Source of the DNA: Alloascoidea hylecoeti
Taxonomy: Eukaryota
DNA: 64,000 bases
Direction of reading: 5' to 3'
Assembly: GCA_001600815.1 (NCBI GenBank)
Contig: BCKZ01000032.1
Span: 1-64,000 of the forward strand
Under the pieces are notes generated by a model. The model saw nothing but the letters and a program-made list of their open reading frames with translations, had not been told where the DNA came from and did no database searches. Positions 36,096 through 48,103 of the stretch are shown piece after piece (position 1 is the first letter of the stretch; every line of letters starts with the position of its first letter). Both the position numbers and the translations under genes were made by a program.

Positions 36096-37520
36096 CTAGA
36101 GTCTCTGTTGTGATCTAAGGTCCTCAATAATAAAAGCCGCTTCACGTTTACCACTCTCCCAAGCACCATGAGTACAACCATTTCCTTCATTTACAGTATG
36201 TTCACCAGCAAATCTTATGTTACCTTCTCCAGTTTGTAATCTATCAACAGCTATAAAAGGATCATCGCCTATTTTACACGCAGAAAAAGAACCTCTTGAA
36301 AATGGATTCGTTGTCCACTTAGAAGTAATCAATCTTGTTGGTTTTGGTATTTTATCCTCTGATGTAGAACAAACTATTGATAGCATTGGTAAAATATATT
36401 CCCATGATTTTTCTGGATTACTTTCAAATATTTGAGTCAAGGGCTCTTGCGAGACGACTATTAAGGATGGTGTACCTTGAATTAGATAATTATTTACAAA
36501 AAATAAAGGATAAGTCCAGGATGATGGAAGTGTCAAATCATCACTAGAATTTCTAGTGAATGGATCAATAATATATTTATCATCTAATTGATCTTCATTT
36601 TCTGCTAAACATGTCCATCTTTCAATTTCTGGCCAAAAAACTGTATCAAATTCCAAGAAAACTTTACCTAAAGCGCCGAACGACATTAAATTAATGGAGT
36701 TTAATACTGATTTAGGAAGAGGTGGATTAAATTCAATTGCTCCAATTTCTGGAGGCTTTAATTTCAAGACACTTAATGGTATGGCGATAATAGCATAATC
36801 CGCAATATAAGTAAATCCATTATTTGTTGTGACCTTTATTTCATTGTTTTTAGTATCATTACTGATTTTCGTCACAATAGAATTAAGATGAATCGATTTT
36901 TGAAAAATTGGTTTTTTAACAATAGAAATGACTGAGTCATAACCACATTTAACGAAAGCATTTCTACCAGTTGATCTACCAGTAATGGCATATTTCGCAG
37001 ATATTTTATCCCATGATAAGCCATGCCAATTTTCAAGCATTCTAAGTGCTTGTGGAGCATATTTTATTTGTTCATCTGTTAGAATTTTTCTTCTATATTC
37101 AATATATTCATTTGACATTTCATGTAAAGTAGTTTCATGTTTATTAAGATCGGTAAAATATTGACTTTCGATGTAATGTTCTAATTCTTCTTCGACTCTT
37201 TGAATTTTTGTCATTGGCGTAATTAATCCATTTTTAGTATAAAGATAATGTTCCGAATCATCATAGTATATTGGCAAATTATTTTCCAATACTAAATCAA
37301 ATAAAGGATTCATCAAAGTGTCATGAAACCAACAGGCTCCTAAATCGACTGGCTTTTCATTTTTTCCATGTCGATCTGTTAATAACCTACCACCTATTTG
37401 ATCTTGGGCTTCTAATAGAATGGCATCGACGTTTGAAGCATGGAGGTCCGCTGTTGCTTTGATACCGGCCATACCAGCACCAATAATAACAGCAGTTGTC
37501 CTTTGTGAGTGATTTTGCAT
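36096..37520 (-). CDS. FMS1: FAD-dependent polyamine oxidase (Fms1 / Cbp1-like)
   Basis: GAGMAG, GGRL, DLGACWFHD, FAGEHT..GCTHGAWESG. Confidence 0.85.
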   Translation of the reverse strand: MQNHSQRTTAVIIGAGMAGIKATADLHASNVDAILLEAQDQIGGRLLTDRHGKNEKPVDLGACWFHDTLMNPLFDLVLENNLPIYYDDSEHYLYTKNGLITPMTKIQRVEEELEHYIESQYFTDLNKHETTLHEMSNEYIEYRRKILTDEQIKYAPQALRMLENWHGLSWDKISAKYAITGRSTGRNAFVKCGYDSVISIVKKPIFQKSIHLNSIVTKISNDTKNNEIKVTTNNGFTYIADYAIIAIPLSVLKLKPPEIGAIEFNPPLPKSVLNSINLMSFGALGKVFLEFDTVFWPEIERWTCLAENEDQLDDKYIIDPFTRNSSDDLTLPSSWTYPLFFVNNYLIQGTPSLIVVSQEPLTQIFESNPEKSWEYILPMLSIVCSTSEDKIPKPTRLITSKWTTNPFSRGSFSACKIGDDPFIAVDRLQTGEGNIRFAGEHTVNEGNGCTHGAWESGKREAAFIIEDLRSQQRL

Positions 37521-37678
37521 TATTGTCCTATATATATATGATTACTATTGATCAGTGGGAGTAGAAGAAGAAATGAACTCTGAGGTTTGTGTCCACAGAT
37601 TTGAAAACTTTTGCAGTCAACATTTGTATCATGATTATATTTTGATTGTTTTTCCTATATACAATGTAAAGTAAATAT

Positions 37679-38079
37679 TTAGTGTGATTCATAAAAAGGA
37701 TCTTCTAGCTTTTTATTGCGTAGCTTCCAAATATCTTCGCTACTTCCCCTTAGTCTTTCCTTTGCAAGCTTTTCCCTATAGAATTCCTGTACCTTCGCTT
37801 CCTTTTGCTCCTTTGATTGTAGCTTTGTTTTAAGACACAATTTAAATGCCTCTTTTTGATTAAGACACTGACCGAGCTCGCCATATCTATAGTAATTTCG
37901 TATTTGACCCCCAATAGAAAAGCAGCTCACTAACTCATCAAAGGCTTGTGTACAAGACATTTCAGACTAAAATATAAATTAGTTATCTAGGACTTATTAT
38001 GGAATTTTAATTTACCTACTGGAAAGGCAGATAAAGACGTCCGTTCGATTTTCCCACTATCATTTTGACGGGTACTCAT
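37679..38079 (-). CDS. EMI1: Emi1-family protein; exons 38079-38020 and 37966-37679
   Basis: MSCTQAFD..C..GGQIRNYYRYG..GSSEDIW; 53-nt intron GTAGGT...ACTAAT...TAG is in frame. Confidence 0.85.
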
Positions 38080-38329
38080 TTTACTTTCGTCTGGTGCATC
38101 GTCTTTGGTCGCATCTGAGAATATTTTCAACAATTCATCAAATTCCCCCGATTCTTTGGCCATTTTTATTTTTGTATATTGTATTTAAATTCACAATATT
38201 TTATGATTTGGGTGTATGGGTGTACTGGTTGGATTACTATCTATGCGAAAGATTTATTTCAAAGTCCCTTCTTTTAAATTCTATCATCAAATGACCGCTA
38301 GAATTCCGAAATTTCAGGTAATTCTAATT

Positions 38330-39500
38330 CTAAAACGCGTTTAAAGCAAGCTAAGTCGTTTGAAAGTAAAAATGGATTCTCAAATGCTCAAATAATGGAT
38401 ATGAGAAGGCATAATATCAATATTCCAAATTCAACTGCGGTTAATCGTGAATAAGTACTCCAACTCTTCTCCAATAACAATTAATTAAAATGTCTACGAA
38501 CCTTACTAATGGGACAGAGAATCACATTTTGAGGGTTGTAAAATTTTACCTCTTGGATAAATATGAGGAGCTGACTTCAAAGTTCAACATTGGATTATCT
38601 AACAGTCTAAGAGCCCTTCTGTAAAACCATGAATATAGAGTAGTCTTGGCATTTAAATGGTCTCATAAGAATGTGAATAGCCAAATAAATAGAATGGTAT
38701 TGTCTAAATATAGGATGGAGTGATCTCATGATATCTGCGTTGTATTTAGTGGTCAATGTTCGGTCGCTAAGGATCCGGATCTGGAAAGGTATATGCTCCA
38801 CGACAGTCACACCAGGCCTTTGAATCAAAAATGATTTATATTAAGGGAAATAGGAGTTATGTTAATTTTATGGAATGGGGTGAAATTTGGAAAGGAGACC
38901 GCACTTCACTGTACAGAGATGTTGAGGATAAAAAATAAGGAGACCACACATTCGTACATAGAACTTCTAGCAGAGGCATTTTATGTGATTACTGAGTGTC
39001 TCATATTCAAGCAGGATAACATACCTATCTGTGATGACAGAATTACCATGAATTGGTTTCGTGAGAAGGAGATGAAGGTGTTGGAGTAGTCATCTTTTTC
39101 ATCGTTCCTGAATACAATTGACCTATTTGGAATTTCCTCAAAAAAGTGCATCGAAAGGCAGGAAATGCGATCATGATCTTTCAGCGTAGGATATAATGAA
39201 AAAAGACCTAATGTTTGTGCCTTTTCAAAATATTGGGACCTCATGGATCAGGATATCATTGATAACCTGGTTAGCCCATTTCTCAAGGGTGACGCCGCTA
39301 TAGGGTTAATGGTGCAAACACTAAATACATGTACTATATTTAAGATATCATTTTATATAATCTAGTAGAATCTCTATAGCTAGTATATACCGAACACGAT
39401 GTACTACTTCAGTTTAAGTCGTTCTGGAGTATCCAGTGGCTGGTTATAATAATATCATTTTTTGGTGTGGTGTCTAAACAAAACGGCTTCGAATTCTCAA
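38330..39500 (+). mobile_element. Degenerate Tc1-like element
   Basis: Shares TATGCTC..GACAGTCACACCAGGC with 9570-9600 and YWDLMDQDIIDNL with the other copies. Confidence 0.7.
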
Positions 39501-40416
39501 TACATTGTAGTCTGAAATTATATCTTAAGCCATCTTCTTAAGTTAGTTATTACATTATAATCAATTATATGTATAATATAGTATCTATATTTACAAATCA
39601 ATCATTAGTTACAGTCTCTGAATCCATATATTTAGGATATCTTCATCACTATTGTGTTCATTTGTTATCCAAGTACTAATAAAATAATTCCATATCAGGA
39701 TTATTTCTCTTTCTTTTACGTCATCTCATTCTTTAGATACATGGAAATGGATTGGCGCTCCACTATGCTCTTAAGATTGATATTGTTTTTATATAGCTTG
39801 TATAGAAAACTGTATAAATTATTATGTACTGTATTCATTTCTCAGATATAGGCCGCGGTTATCTATTATCAATTTATCATACCTTTTGTCCAGTTTCGAT
39901 ATTTTTGCAATGGTGTTTAAAGTTGAAGCTCTGATATATAATTAACAGAGTATGGTGGCTGATAATAATTTAGTCCGGGTTCTGGTTCATACGCCTTGTC
40001 ACAATGTTATACTATCACGATCAGCTTTCTTTTTATCAATTCATGTAACCTATAATAACTGCTACCATATTCATATGTTTTACTGTCTAAGCTAAGCCTA
40101 AACTTAACCGTGCCCTGACTTTTAGTCATGGCTTGGTGTATAATACATGCATATATCATAAGAGTACTACTATGCCTGGTTGATATTTCTTAATTATAAG
40201 TTAATCCCTGCCCATTGACCGGTTGGTTGCAATCATGTGTTACTTAATTTCTTATTTATTATACTGTTCTTCCTTCTTTTTCTTTCTTTAATATCTCTCT
40301 TAAATTTGCAATCCATCGAGTTAAAAGTCCCAACTATAGATCTATATCTAAACTAAACACCACCCGAAGCATATTATTCAAGTTCGATTCTGCTTTTAAG
40401 AAACAAAGCTTCTCAT

Positions 40417-41474
40417 ATGTCTATTCCAATAATATCTCCAGTTGTTCATTTCTTAGGATTTGGGGGTCTTCAAAATCAAAAAATACCTACCTCTAAGGTT
40501 AGAGAAGAAGTCTTTGAGTTGATACATAATAATCCAGTTCTTGTTGTAACAAAAAAGTAAGCAAATTTCCTGAATCCTTTACAATTTATTAGACTCTATT
40601 TTTTTTTTTTTGTCATTATAGAATTAACTAACTCTTCCTTTTCCCTTAGATATTCTCCGTATGTTTACCGTTCTTAACTTCTGTATTTAACAAATCAAAA
40701 GATATATAAATAGACCGGCTTTGTTTGTAGTAGTACATGCATATAGATATATTAACCTTATTTCCACAGCTCTTGCATATCAGCCAAAAAATTACTCTCC
40801 AAAATTAATGCTGATGCTTTTATCCTAAACATTGATGAGGAAGGTAAGATTATTATCCCAGCTATATATCTGTATGTTGACAATCCAGTTTACTAATACT
40901 ACTATATCGAATTAATCTAGAAGCTGGCTCTGAGATGTTCCGAGTATTTTGTCAATTGACCAATCAATCTAACTTACCGATAGTCTTTATTGGTCGAGAC
41001 TATATTGGAGGAAGATCAGAATTATACAAGCTTCACAAGCAAGGGGAACTAGAAAACTGGGTTGCAATGGTTAAGAAAGCAGATCAAGTCGAGAGAAATA
41101 TGACATCTACTAAAAACTCAAGCCTTCTAGAAGATCGCGAATCAATAATAAGAAAAGATCCACAGCTGCCAAAGAAACAAACACTGATAGAAAGGCTTAC
41201 CATTGAGAATGACCCACGAATAATTCGCGAGAGACTAACCCTCCATCCACAGCAAACTCAAATTCGACGGATTGCTTCTCAACCTCAGATTAAAAAAGAC
41301 ATTCATCCACAAAATAAACCAACATTGATAGGTAAGATCGACCAAGATTCATCACTAATTAACAAAAAAACTATTGAGCAACATAGAGCAGAAATGCGGC
41401 GGATTGCATCTCAGCCTCAACTTAGAAAAAAGACTTCTGCTTTAAGCGCTCAAGGTGAATATTTGTCTGCTTAA
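40417..41474 (+). CDS. Glutaredoxin-fold protein (258 aa) with SPSC motif and C-terminal extension; exons 40417-40556, 40650-40658, 40770-40843, 40921-41474
   Basis: Three GT-AG introns with branch points join in frame: LIHNNPVLVVTKKYSPSCISAKKLL..NIDE..LPIVFIGRDYIGG..L. Confidence 0.8.
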
Positions 41475-42089
41475 CATCAAATCCCTAATTTTCAATCTTC
41501 ACCGACTGTAAATAATTTTGGTCATCTTCCATCCCCAATCTCATCGACTAATACTTCTGGGAGATATCTTCCATAAATGTTCCTAATTTAATTGCAACCG
41601 GTTTCATAACTCATGACTGATAGATGTTAATTTATAAATGTAGTATAGTATAGCTAAAGCTTCTATATGGTGTTCACCTAACTCAATTTTTTAAAGGATA
41701 TTATAATTGTTTAAAATATATATATATATATATATCACATTTTATAAACCAAAAAAGTTGAATGAATATCCATAAAAGTTTTAATTATTTTATTTAGGGG
41801 AAAATATATATTTTAGTTCTATCTTAGTGTATGTAGCTAACATGTTTCTCAGAATTATCCAACTCCCGTGAGAGATCTATAAAAAATTGCAATTGATAAT
41901 ACTTAAACTTAAAATGACGTTTAGTTGGTGTATTTGAATGGCACAACCTATAACTGAGAAAATAGTTTCTTATAGATGTGATTGACGAGGATGTCGGTGT
42001 CTAATATATAATAAAAGCAAAAGATTTTAAAACAGTCAGAACATTTATACAAAATCCAATTTTATTATTACCATATTCTTATTTACTAC

Positions 42090-44621
42090 TTACAGTAAAC
42101 CTAGATGATCCATTCTGACTTTAACGGCATTTCTATGGCCATCAAGCCCCTCAACAGCAGCAAGGGTCATAACTGCCTTACCGATACTTTTTAAACCTTC
42201 TACAGTTAACTCCTGACTTGTGATTGATTTCATAAATGTTCCCGTGTTAACACCACTATACATTTTTGCATAACCATATGTTGGTAATGTATGATTGGTT
42301 CCACTACTATAATCACCACACGATTCTGGACTATATGGACCAACAAAAACACTACCAGCATGATCAACAAGATCAACATATGAGGAAGCATTCTTGAGTT
42401 GGAGAATTAAATGTTCTGGCCCATATTCATTACTGATATCAAAAGCTTCCTTTGGCGTTGAAACACGTATAATAGAAGAATGTGCAATAGATTTCCTAAT
42501 AATGTCAACACGAGGCAATGCAATGGCTTGATTATGGACTGCATCTTGAATTGCGTCAATCTCCTTATCATTCATATCGATTGCAAGCAAAATCACTTGA
42601 GAGTCAGCTCCATGTTCAGCTTGAGATAATAGATCAGATGCGACAAAATCTGGATTGGATTCTTTATCACATATAACAAGGACTTCTGATGGCCCAGCAG
42701 GCATATCAATAGATACTAAAGCAGCTGTATCATTTTGAACATACATTTTAGCGGCCGTAACAAATTGATTACCAGGTCCCATAATCTTATTGACTTTTGG
42801 AATGGACTCGGTACCATAAGCTAAGGCAGCAATTGCCTGAGCGCCGCCTGCTAAAACGATCGCTTTAGCACCAACTTTATGAGCAACATAAACAACTTCG
42901 GGTGTAAGTTTTCCATTCTTTCCTGGTGGTGAAGCAAATATAATTTCTTTACAACCAGCGGCTTTTGCTGGAACACCAAGCATAAGAGCGGTTGAAGGCA
43001 ATACAGCCGTACCACCTGGAATATAAAGACCAACCGAATCAATCGGTCTAGCAAAACGTGAACAAATAACACCTGGTGCTGTTTCAACGACTAATGATTC
43101 TTGGGACAATTGTGCTTCGTGAAATTTATGAACATTTTCAATAGAAATATCAATCGACTCTTTAACTTCAGGTGATAATTCCATTAATTCTTTAGGAAAT
43201 GGAGCTTTTATTATTGGAGAATCCAAATTTACGCCGTCAAATTTAGCAGTAAATTCCAGTAAAGCTTTATCACCTCTTTCTTTTACACCATTAACAATTG
43301 GAAGCACAAGTTTCATAATATCATTCGTAGTTTGAGCTGGACGATCAAGAGATCTTTTAACATCATTTGTACTTGCATCAATAACATGAAGGTGAATATC
43401 ACCAGTAAGTTCACGTTTCACTTCAACTGAAGCTTCAGCCTTTGTTTGCTGTAGTTCGATGTATTTGGGTTTAGCGTCACCTTTTCTTCTAGTAACTTTT
43501 AATCCCTTTTGGTCGAGATTTCTGGAAACATCGGCCAATGAAACACCTTCTTTGACTAATTTTGTTAATGCGAAATAAAATAAATCAGCTGCTTCCCATG
43601 CTACCTCATCTTTTGTTTTGGCTTCAATTAATTCGTCTGCTTCTTCTCTAATCTTAGCAGCCAAAAGCCTTTCATCATTAAATAGACGTTTCGTATAAGA
43701 TCCTTCAGGTGCAGTAGCTAAACGTGATTGTAGAGTTTGTTCCAATCTCACCAGACCTTTAGAAGAACCAAAACAAGTTGATCTATCCAAATGGCAGAAG
43801 CCGACACCCGTTTGTTCAACAACAAATTTTAAACAATCTCCATCACAATCAACTTCAATATTTAGAAGTTTCTGTGTTGCTCCCGATGTGGCACCTTTGT
43901 ACCACAAACCATGTTTTCTAGATTGATAAACACCAGTACCAGTCCTTAAAGCTTCTGAAATAGATTTTGGTGATGAATAAACCAAGCCTAATGAAACATT
44001 ATATTTGTCAACAACTAATGATGTATATAGTTTATCTGGTCTGTCTGTTGAAAGGGTTGAAATTAAAACATCAGCTGCTGAAATTTTTGAAGGTTCATTG
44101 GCCAAATCAACAGTGATATTTGAAGATTTAATGATTGGGATTAAAGATTTAGAAGCAAAATCATTAACTTGTTGTTGTATAGCCGAAGTAAAGAATTCAA
44201 CGAAAACGTTTTTAGATTCATCAATTTTTGGGATTGAGTTAGGATCCGAGATCAAACTTGAATCTATAAAAAAGTTTGAAATATTTTTATAATCAATGGC
44301 AACTAGTTGATCAACTTTCAAAGCAAATCTATCCTCTGGTATTCCAATATCAAGTAAAGCATCAATCAACGAAGCGTTACTAAATATAAGAGTAACACCG
44401 GAATTAAAGATTTTTATAACTTCATTAACATTTTCAAGCCAATAACTGGGGTTTGGCAAACTGACGTTGACTTGTGTATTAATTGGTGTGTTACTAATAA
44501 AGTTTGTCAGCAGTTGGATTTCTTCAACAGCAGTGATAACTACAAGAGCACGAGATATTGGTGCCAAAGACGAGTTTATAACCAAATCAGAGGGTTGGAA
44601 TTCAGGTAACAGAGGAAACAT
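42090..44621 (-). CDS. HIS4: Trifunctional histidine biosynthesis protein
   Basis: DCDGDC..GFCH cyclohydrolase, SYT..EEADEL pyrophosphatase, DMPAGPSE and PEHL dehydrogenase; ATG at 44621. Confidence 0.97.
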   Translation of the reverse strand: MFPLLPEFQPSDLVINSSLAPISRALVVITAVEEIQLLTNFISNTPINTQVNVSLPNPSYWLENVNEVIKIFNSGVTLIFSNASLIDALLDIGIPEDRFALKVDQLVAIDYKNISNFFIDSSLISDPNSIPKIDESKNVFVEFFTSAIQQQVNDFASKSLIPIIKSSNITVDLANEPSKISAADVLISTLSTDRPDKLYTSLVVDKYNVSLGLVYSSPKSISEALRTGTGVYQSRKHGLWYKGATSGATQKLLNIEVDCDGDCLKFVVEQTGVGFCHLDRSTCFGSSKGLVRLEQTLQSRLATAPEGSYTKRLFNDERLLAAKIREEADELIEAKTKDEVAWEAADLFYFALTKLVKEGVSLADVSRNLDQKGLKVTRRKGDAKPKYIELQQTKAEASVEVKRELTGDIHLHVIDASTNDVKRSLDRPAQTTNDIMKLVLPIVNGVKERGDKALLEFTAKFDGVNLDSPIIKAPFPKELMELSPEVKESIDISIENVHKFHEAQLSQESLVVETAPGVICSRFARPIDSVGLYIPGGTAVLPSTALMLGVPAKAAGCKEIIFASPPGKNGKLTPEVVYVAHKVGAKAIVLAGGAQAIAALAYGTESIPKVNKIMGPGNQFVTAAKMYVQNDTAALVSIDMPAGPSEVLVICDKESNPDFVASDLLSQAEHGADSQVILLAIDMNDKEIDAIQDAVHNQAIALPRVDIIRKSIAHSSIIRVSTPKEAFDISNEYGPEHLILQLKNASSYVDLVDHAGSVFVGPYSPESCGDYSSGTNHTLPTYGYAKMYSGVNTGTFMKSITSQELTVEGLKSIGKAVMTLAAVEGLDGHRNAVKVRMDHLGLL

Positions 44622-44719
44622 TTTCCAATATTGGATGTGGGATAAATTTCTGAGGTGGTTGAGTAAAAAAGAGGAAAAAAAAGTAGGAAATATCAAACCT
44701 AAATGTAATATATATTTTG

Positions 44720-44906
44720 TGAGTCAGAATCTTATAACTAATTATTATATGATCTTATAGCGTAAGTAGGACATATTCATCCATTATCCCATTATATAGC
44801 TATTCCTTTATATACCATATATATATTTATGTTAATAAATATAATTAATATTCATAAATATCCGAAGAATCGTTACTTCTTTCCGTCACTGAGTACGATG
44901 ACTCAT
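44720..44906. promoter_or_regulatory. Gcn4 sites in the HIS4 promoter
   Basis: TGAGTCA at 44720-44726 and ATGACTCAT at 44898-44906. Confidence 0.8.
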
Positions 44907-45400
44907 GATCACATCACAGATATCAGTAAAATTCTATAGTTATGTTACGAACCACTTTTATCATCAAACTTTTCATTACTAATTTAAAGATCTTATTAAA
45001 ATAACAATTATATGCTCAATTCCTTAATATATTCTAATCTTAGCTAGCTTTATTAATCTTCAAGGTAATAGTTTGAGATAATAGTCCATATACATAGCTG
45101 GCTCGAAAATCAAGTAGTAAAACATCAAAAACCAAGGATTATTATAGACAACGAAAATAACAAATAGTAAAATATAAACCAAATCAACTAATCTACCTAT
45201 AAATTATAATGTCCATTATTAGGAATGATTAAATATCCAATAATTTATAAGATGAACAGTGCAAAAAAAAAAAAAAGAAAAAAACGTAAGAGCAATAATA
45301 TTAATGATTTTTAATCGTATAGAAAGATTAAGACATTAATGAATTGGAATACTGTAATAGTATTAGTTAAAGCAAAATATATAATCAAAATGTCCATGCT

Positions 45401-48103
45401 TTAATCATCATTAACAAATGGACAGTCGATAGCATCATGTCCTTCTTTTTCACATAAAGCACACCAAAGTTTTCTACCAGCGGAGGGATCAGCCCTTTTA
45501 GAAGGACTAAAGATTGGAATACTTTGTTGCTGTTTTGCCATTGATTCAAATGAATTAAAACTTCCTCCATTAGAATGATATCCATTACCAGTGGATAATG
45601 ATTGTGTTGGACTTTCTAATGCAGGTGTAGTATTGAAACTAATAGCAGACATTACTCGCTCTTTTTTGAAACTTTCTTTTCTCGATATTATCGTATCTTT
45701 ATCCATATTTATGGACGAATAACGAGCAGTTTGTGGAGCGGGTGCACCAGTAATAATAGAAGTATGAGGATTACTTGCAAAACTCAACCTTGAATTTATA
45801 TTGGAGGTGAATTGACTCATTTGACTCATTGGTCTACTATTTGGAGTATTCATATTATTTAAAACTTGATTTTGAGCTTGAGATTGAATAATACTTTCGG
45901 AGTAATTTTTTAAGATTTCAATTTCATGTTCTAATTCTTCTTCTTTGAAACCTTTCTTTTCTAATAATTTTTCGAGTTTTGTTAATTCTTCTTCGGCTTT
46001 TTGTTTGGCTTCTGTTTCTTCCTTCAATTGATTTCTAGCTTCTTCTAATGCCTTTTGGATTTCTTTGAAATTTTCATTTTCGATAGATGAAGCATTTTCA
46101 GGAGAGGATTCTAATAGATCAATAGCATCAGATAATTGTTTTTCAATTTGAACTCTTTCAACTTTTTCTTTTTCCAATTCTTGTTTTAATTTCTTAATTT
46201 CATCATGATCATTATGATTTATCTTATCTCTATCTTCATCATCTACAAGATCATTTTTATCATCAAGATCCTCACCATTTAATTGTTTCTTTAATTTTTC
46301 ATTTTCCAATTCCAATGCTTTTAATGATTCAGTTAAAACATCAATCTCATTATTATTCTGTTTTCTTGTATTATTAATTGTATGTAATTTATTATTTTCT
46401 TCCTGATATAATTCCAATTCTTTACGTAAAAGTTCTAATTCAAGACTATCGGAAGTACTACTTTCATCGCCATCACCTTCAGATTTATCTTTATGCTGTT
46501 GTTGAATAATTCTAAACTCTTCAAGTAGTTTGTCTTTCTCTTTAATCCTTTCTTCTAATTCTTCAATTTTATGTTCAATGACCAACTTACCTTTTAATTC
46601 ATCTTTCAAACTTTCAACCTCATCATTTAGACTTTTAGATTGAGTTTCGATATATTCAGAATAAGATTTTGCATTAACATCTCCATTCATATCATCCATT
46701 AAAGTTGAAATTTGGTGTTGTAAATTTACAATTTCATTATCTTTATCTTTAAGTGTTAATAATTTGGAAGTTAAAGAATTTCTCTCTTTTGTTAAAGTTT
46801 TAATTGTATTTTTTAATAATTTTAATTCATCACTATTACTATTACCATTTGAATCACCAGAAGTACCATTATTTAATCTCATTGATTCTAATTTTGTTTG
46901 TAATTGTTTATTTTCATCAGCTAAAGAATCAATTTTTAATTGTTGTTGTTCAAGTTGAGTTTCAAGCATACCAATATTACCATTTTCAAATTTTAATTGT
47001 GAGATTAATTTTTCTTGTTCTTCAACAGTCATATTTAATTTTGTCATTTCTTCATAATTATCAATTAATTTCATATCACTTAATTGTTTATTTTTTTCAT
47101 CAAGTAAAGATTTATATTTATTTTCAATATTTGATAATTCAGATTGAGCAATTTTTGATGCTTCAACTTGTAACCTTGTTAATTCATTTTTATAAATTTC
47201 ACTTGATTCAGTAATTTGTTGTTGTAAAGTTGATATTATATCTCTAAACTCAGCTCTTTTACTATCAAATTCTGATTTTAAAGTTGAAATTCTAGAATCT
47301 TTTGAGGAGATTATTGAAGTCAGGTGGGCTATGCGGGATTCGTATTCATAACGTAAAGCGTCGATATCACTGATGTTCGCAGGAAGACCATTTGACATAC
47401 CATTTGGTATTCCATTGGGTATTCCATTTGAAAGAGCCGTTAATTTTAAGCTTTTGAGGCCATCCGCAACACTAGACGGATCAATCATTGATATCTTATT
47501 GAATTCCTCGATAGATTGTTCCATTTCTTTTAATATTTCAGCCTTTTCTCGTAGTTCCTGTTCTTGGTGTTGCTGTTTTGCAAGCAAATCATTTCGTTCT
47601 TGCGTAAGATGTGCATTTGTGTCTTGCAGATATCTTATGGTTTGCGTAAGATCCTTCATACCTCCGTTTCCGCCTGGAATAGGGGCCGATATAGCAGGCG
47701 TGTTTAAAGCTAAGCCCGATGCAGCATGTCGTATTGGGGTGCCGGTGGATCTCAAGGACAAAGTAGGGGAATCTCGCGATTGGGTCGGATTGGGAGTGTG
47801 AAGATGGGGATGAGTAGGAGTAGGAGTATGAGCAGGACTAGCTAGGCCCAATGGAGCCGAACCGGGGTTAAGATTCGCCTGGACCAAAGTCTTATATTTC
47901 AGGAACAAACCCGATCCTTCCTTGCTGACGGTGAAATATTTGGTACCTTTCACCACCCCACTGTTTTTGCCATGCGGAGCGGAAGTTCCTGTCAGTTCTA
48001 CACCCGCAAACGTTCCCTCGCGGCCTTTGATCGTCCCGACGAACCGCAGCGTACCACTGAGCCCGTTGGGGACGCGCACGTGATCTCCGATGGAAGGAGG
48101 CAT
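45401..48103 (-). CDS. BIK1: CLIP-170-like microtubule plus-end protein
   Basis: CAP-Gly domain (GKNSG), long coiled coil, C-terminal zinc knuckle WCALCEKEGHDAIDC. Confidence 0.85.
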   Translation of the reverse strand: MPPSIGDHVRVPNGLSGTLRFVGTIKGREGTFAGVELTGTSAPHGKNSGVVKGTKYFTVSKEGSGLFLKYKTLVQANLNPGSAPLGLASPAHTPTPTHPHLHTPNPTQSRDSPTLSLRSTGTPIRHAASGLALNTPAISAPIPGGNGGMKDLTQTIRYLQDTNAHLTQERNDLLAKQQHQEQELREKAEILKEMEQSIEEFNKISMIDPSSVADGLKSLKLTALSNGIPNGIPNGMSNGLPANISDIDALRYEYESRIAHLTSIISSKDSRISTLKSEFDSKRAEFRDIISTLQQQITESSEIYKNELTRLQVEASKIAQSELSNIENKYKSLLDEKNKQLSDMKLIDNYEEMTKLNMTVEEQEKLISQLKFENGNIGMLETQLEQQQLKIDSLADENKQLQTKLESMRLNNGTSGDSNGNSNSDELKLLKNTIKTLTKERNSLTSKLLTLKDKDNEIVNLQHQISTLMDDMNGDVNAKSYSEYIETQSKSLNDEVESLKDELKGKLVIEHKIEELEERIKEKDKLLEEFRIIQQQHKDKSEGDGDESSTSDSLELELLRKELELYQEENNKLHTINNTRKQNNNEIDVLTESLKALELENEKLKKQLNGEDLDDKNDLVDDEDRDKINHNDHDEIKKLKQELEKEKVERVQIEKQLSDAIDLLESSPENASSIENENFKEIQKALEEARNQLKEETEAKQKAEEELTKLEKLLEKKGFKEEELEHEIEILKNYSESIIQSQAQNQVLNNMNTPNSRPMSQMSQFTSNINSRLSFASNPHTSIITGAPAPQTARYSSINMDKDTIISRKESFKKERVMSAISFNTTPALESPTQSLSTGNGYHSNGGSFNSFESMAKQQQSIPIFSPSKRADPSAGRKLWCALCEKEGHDAIDCPFVNDD

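Noticed and set aside
44622..44696. HIS4 extension from a TTG start
   Set aside because: Non-ATG start; the MFPLLP start at 44621 matches His4 N-termini.
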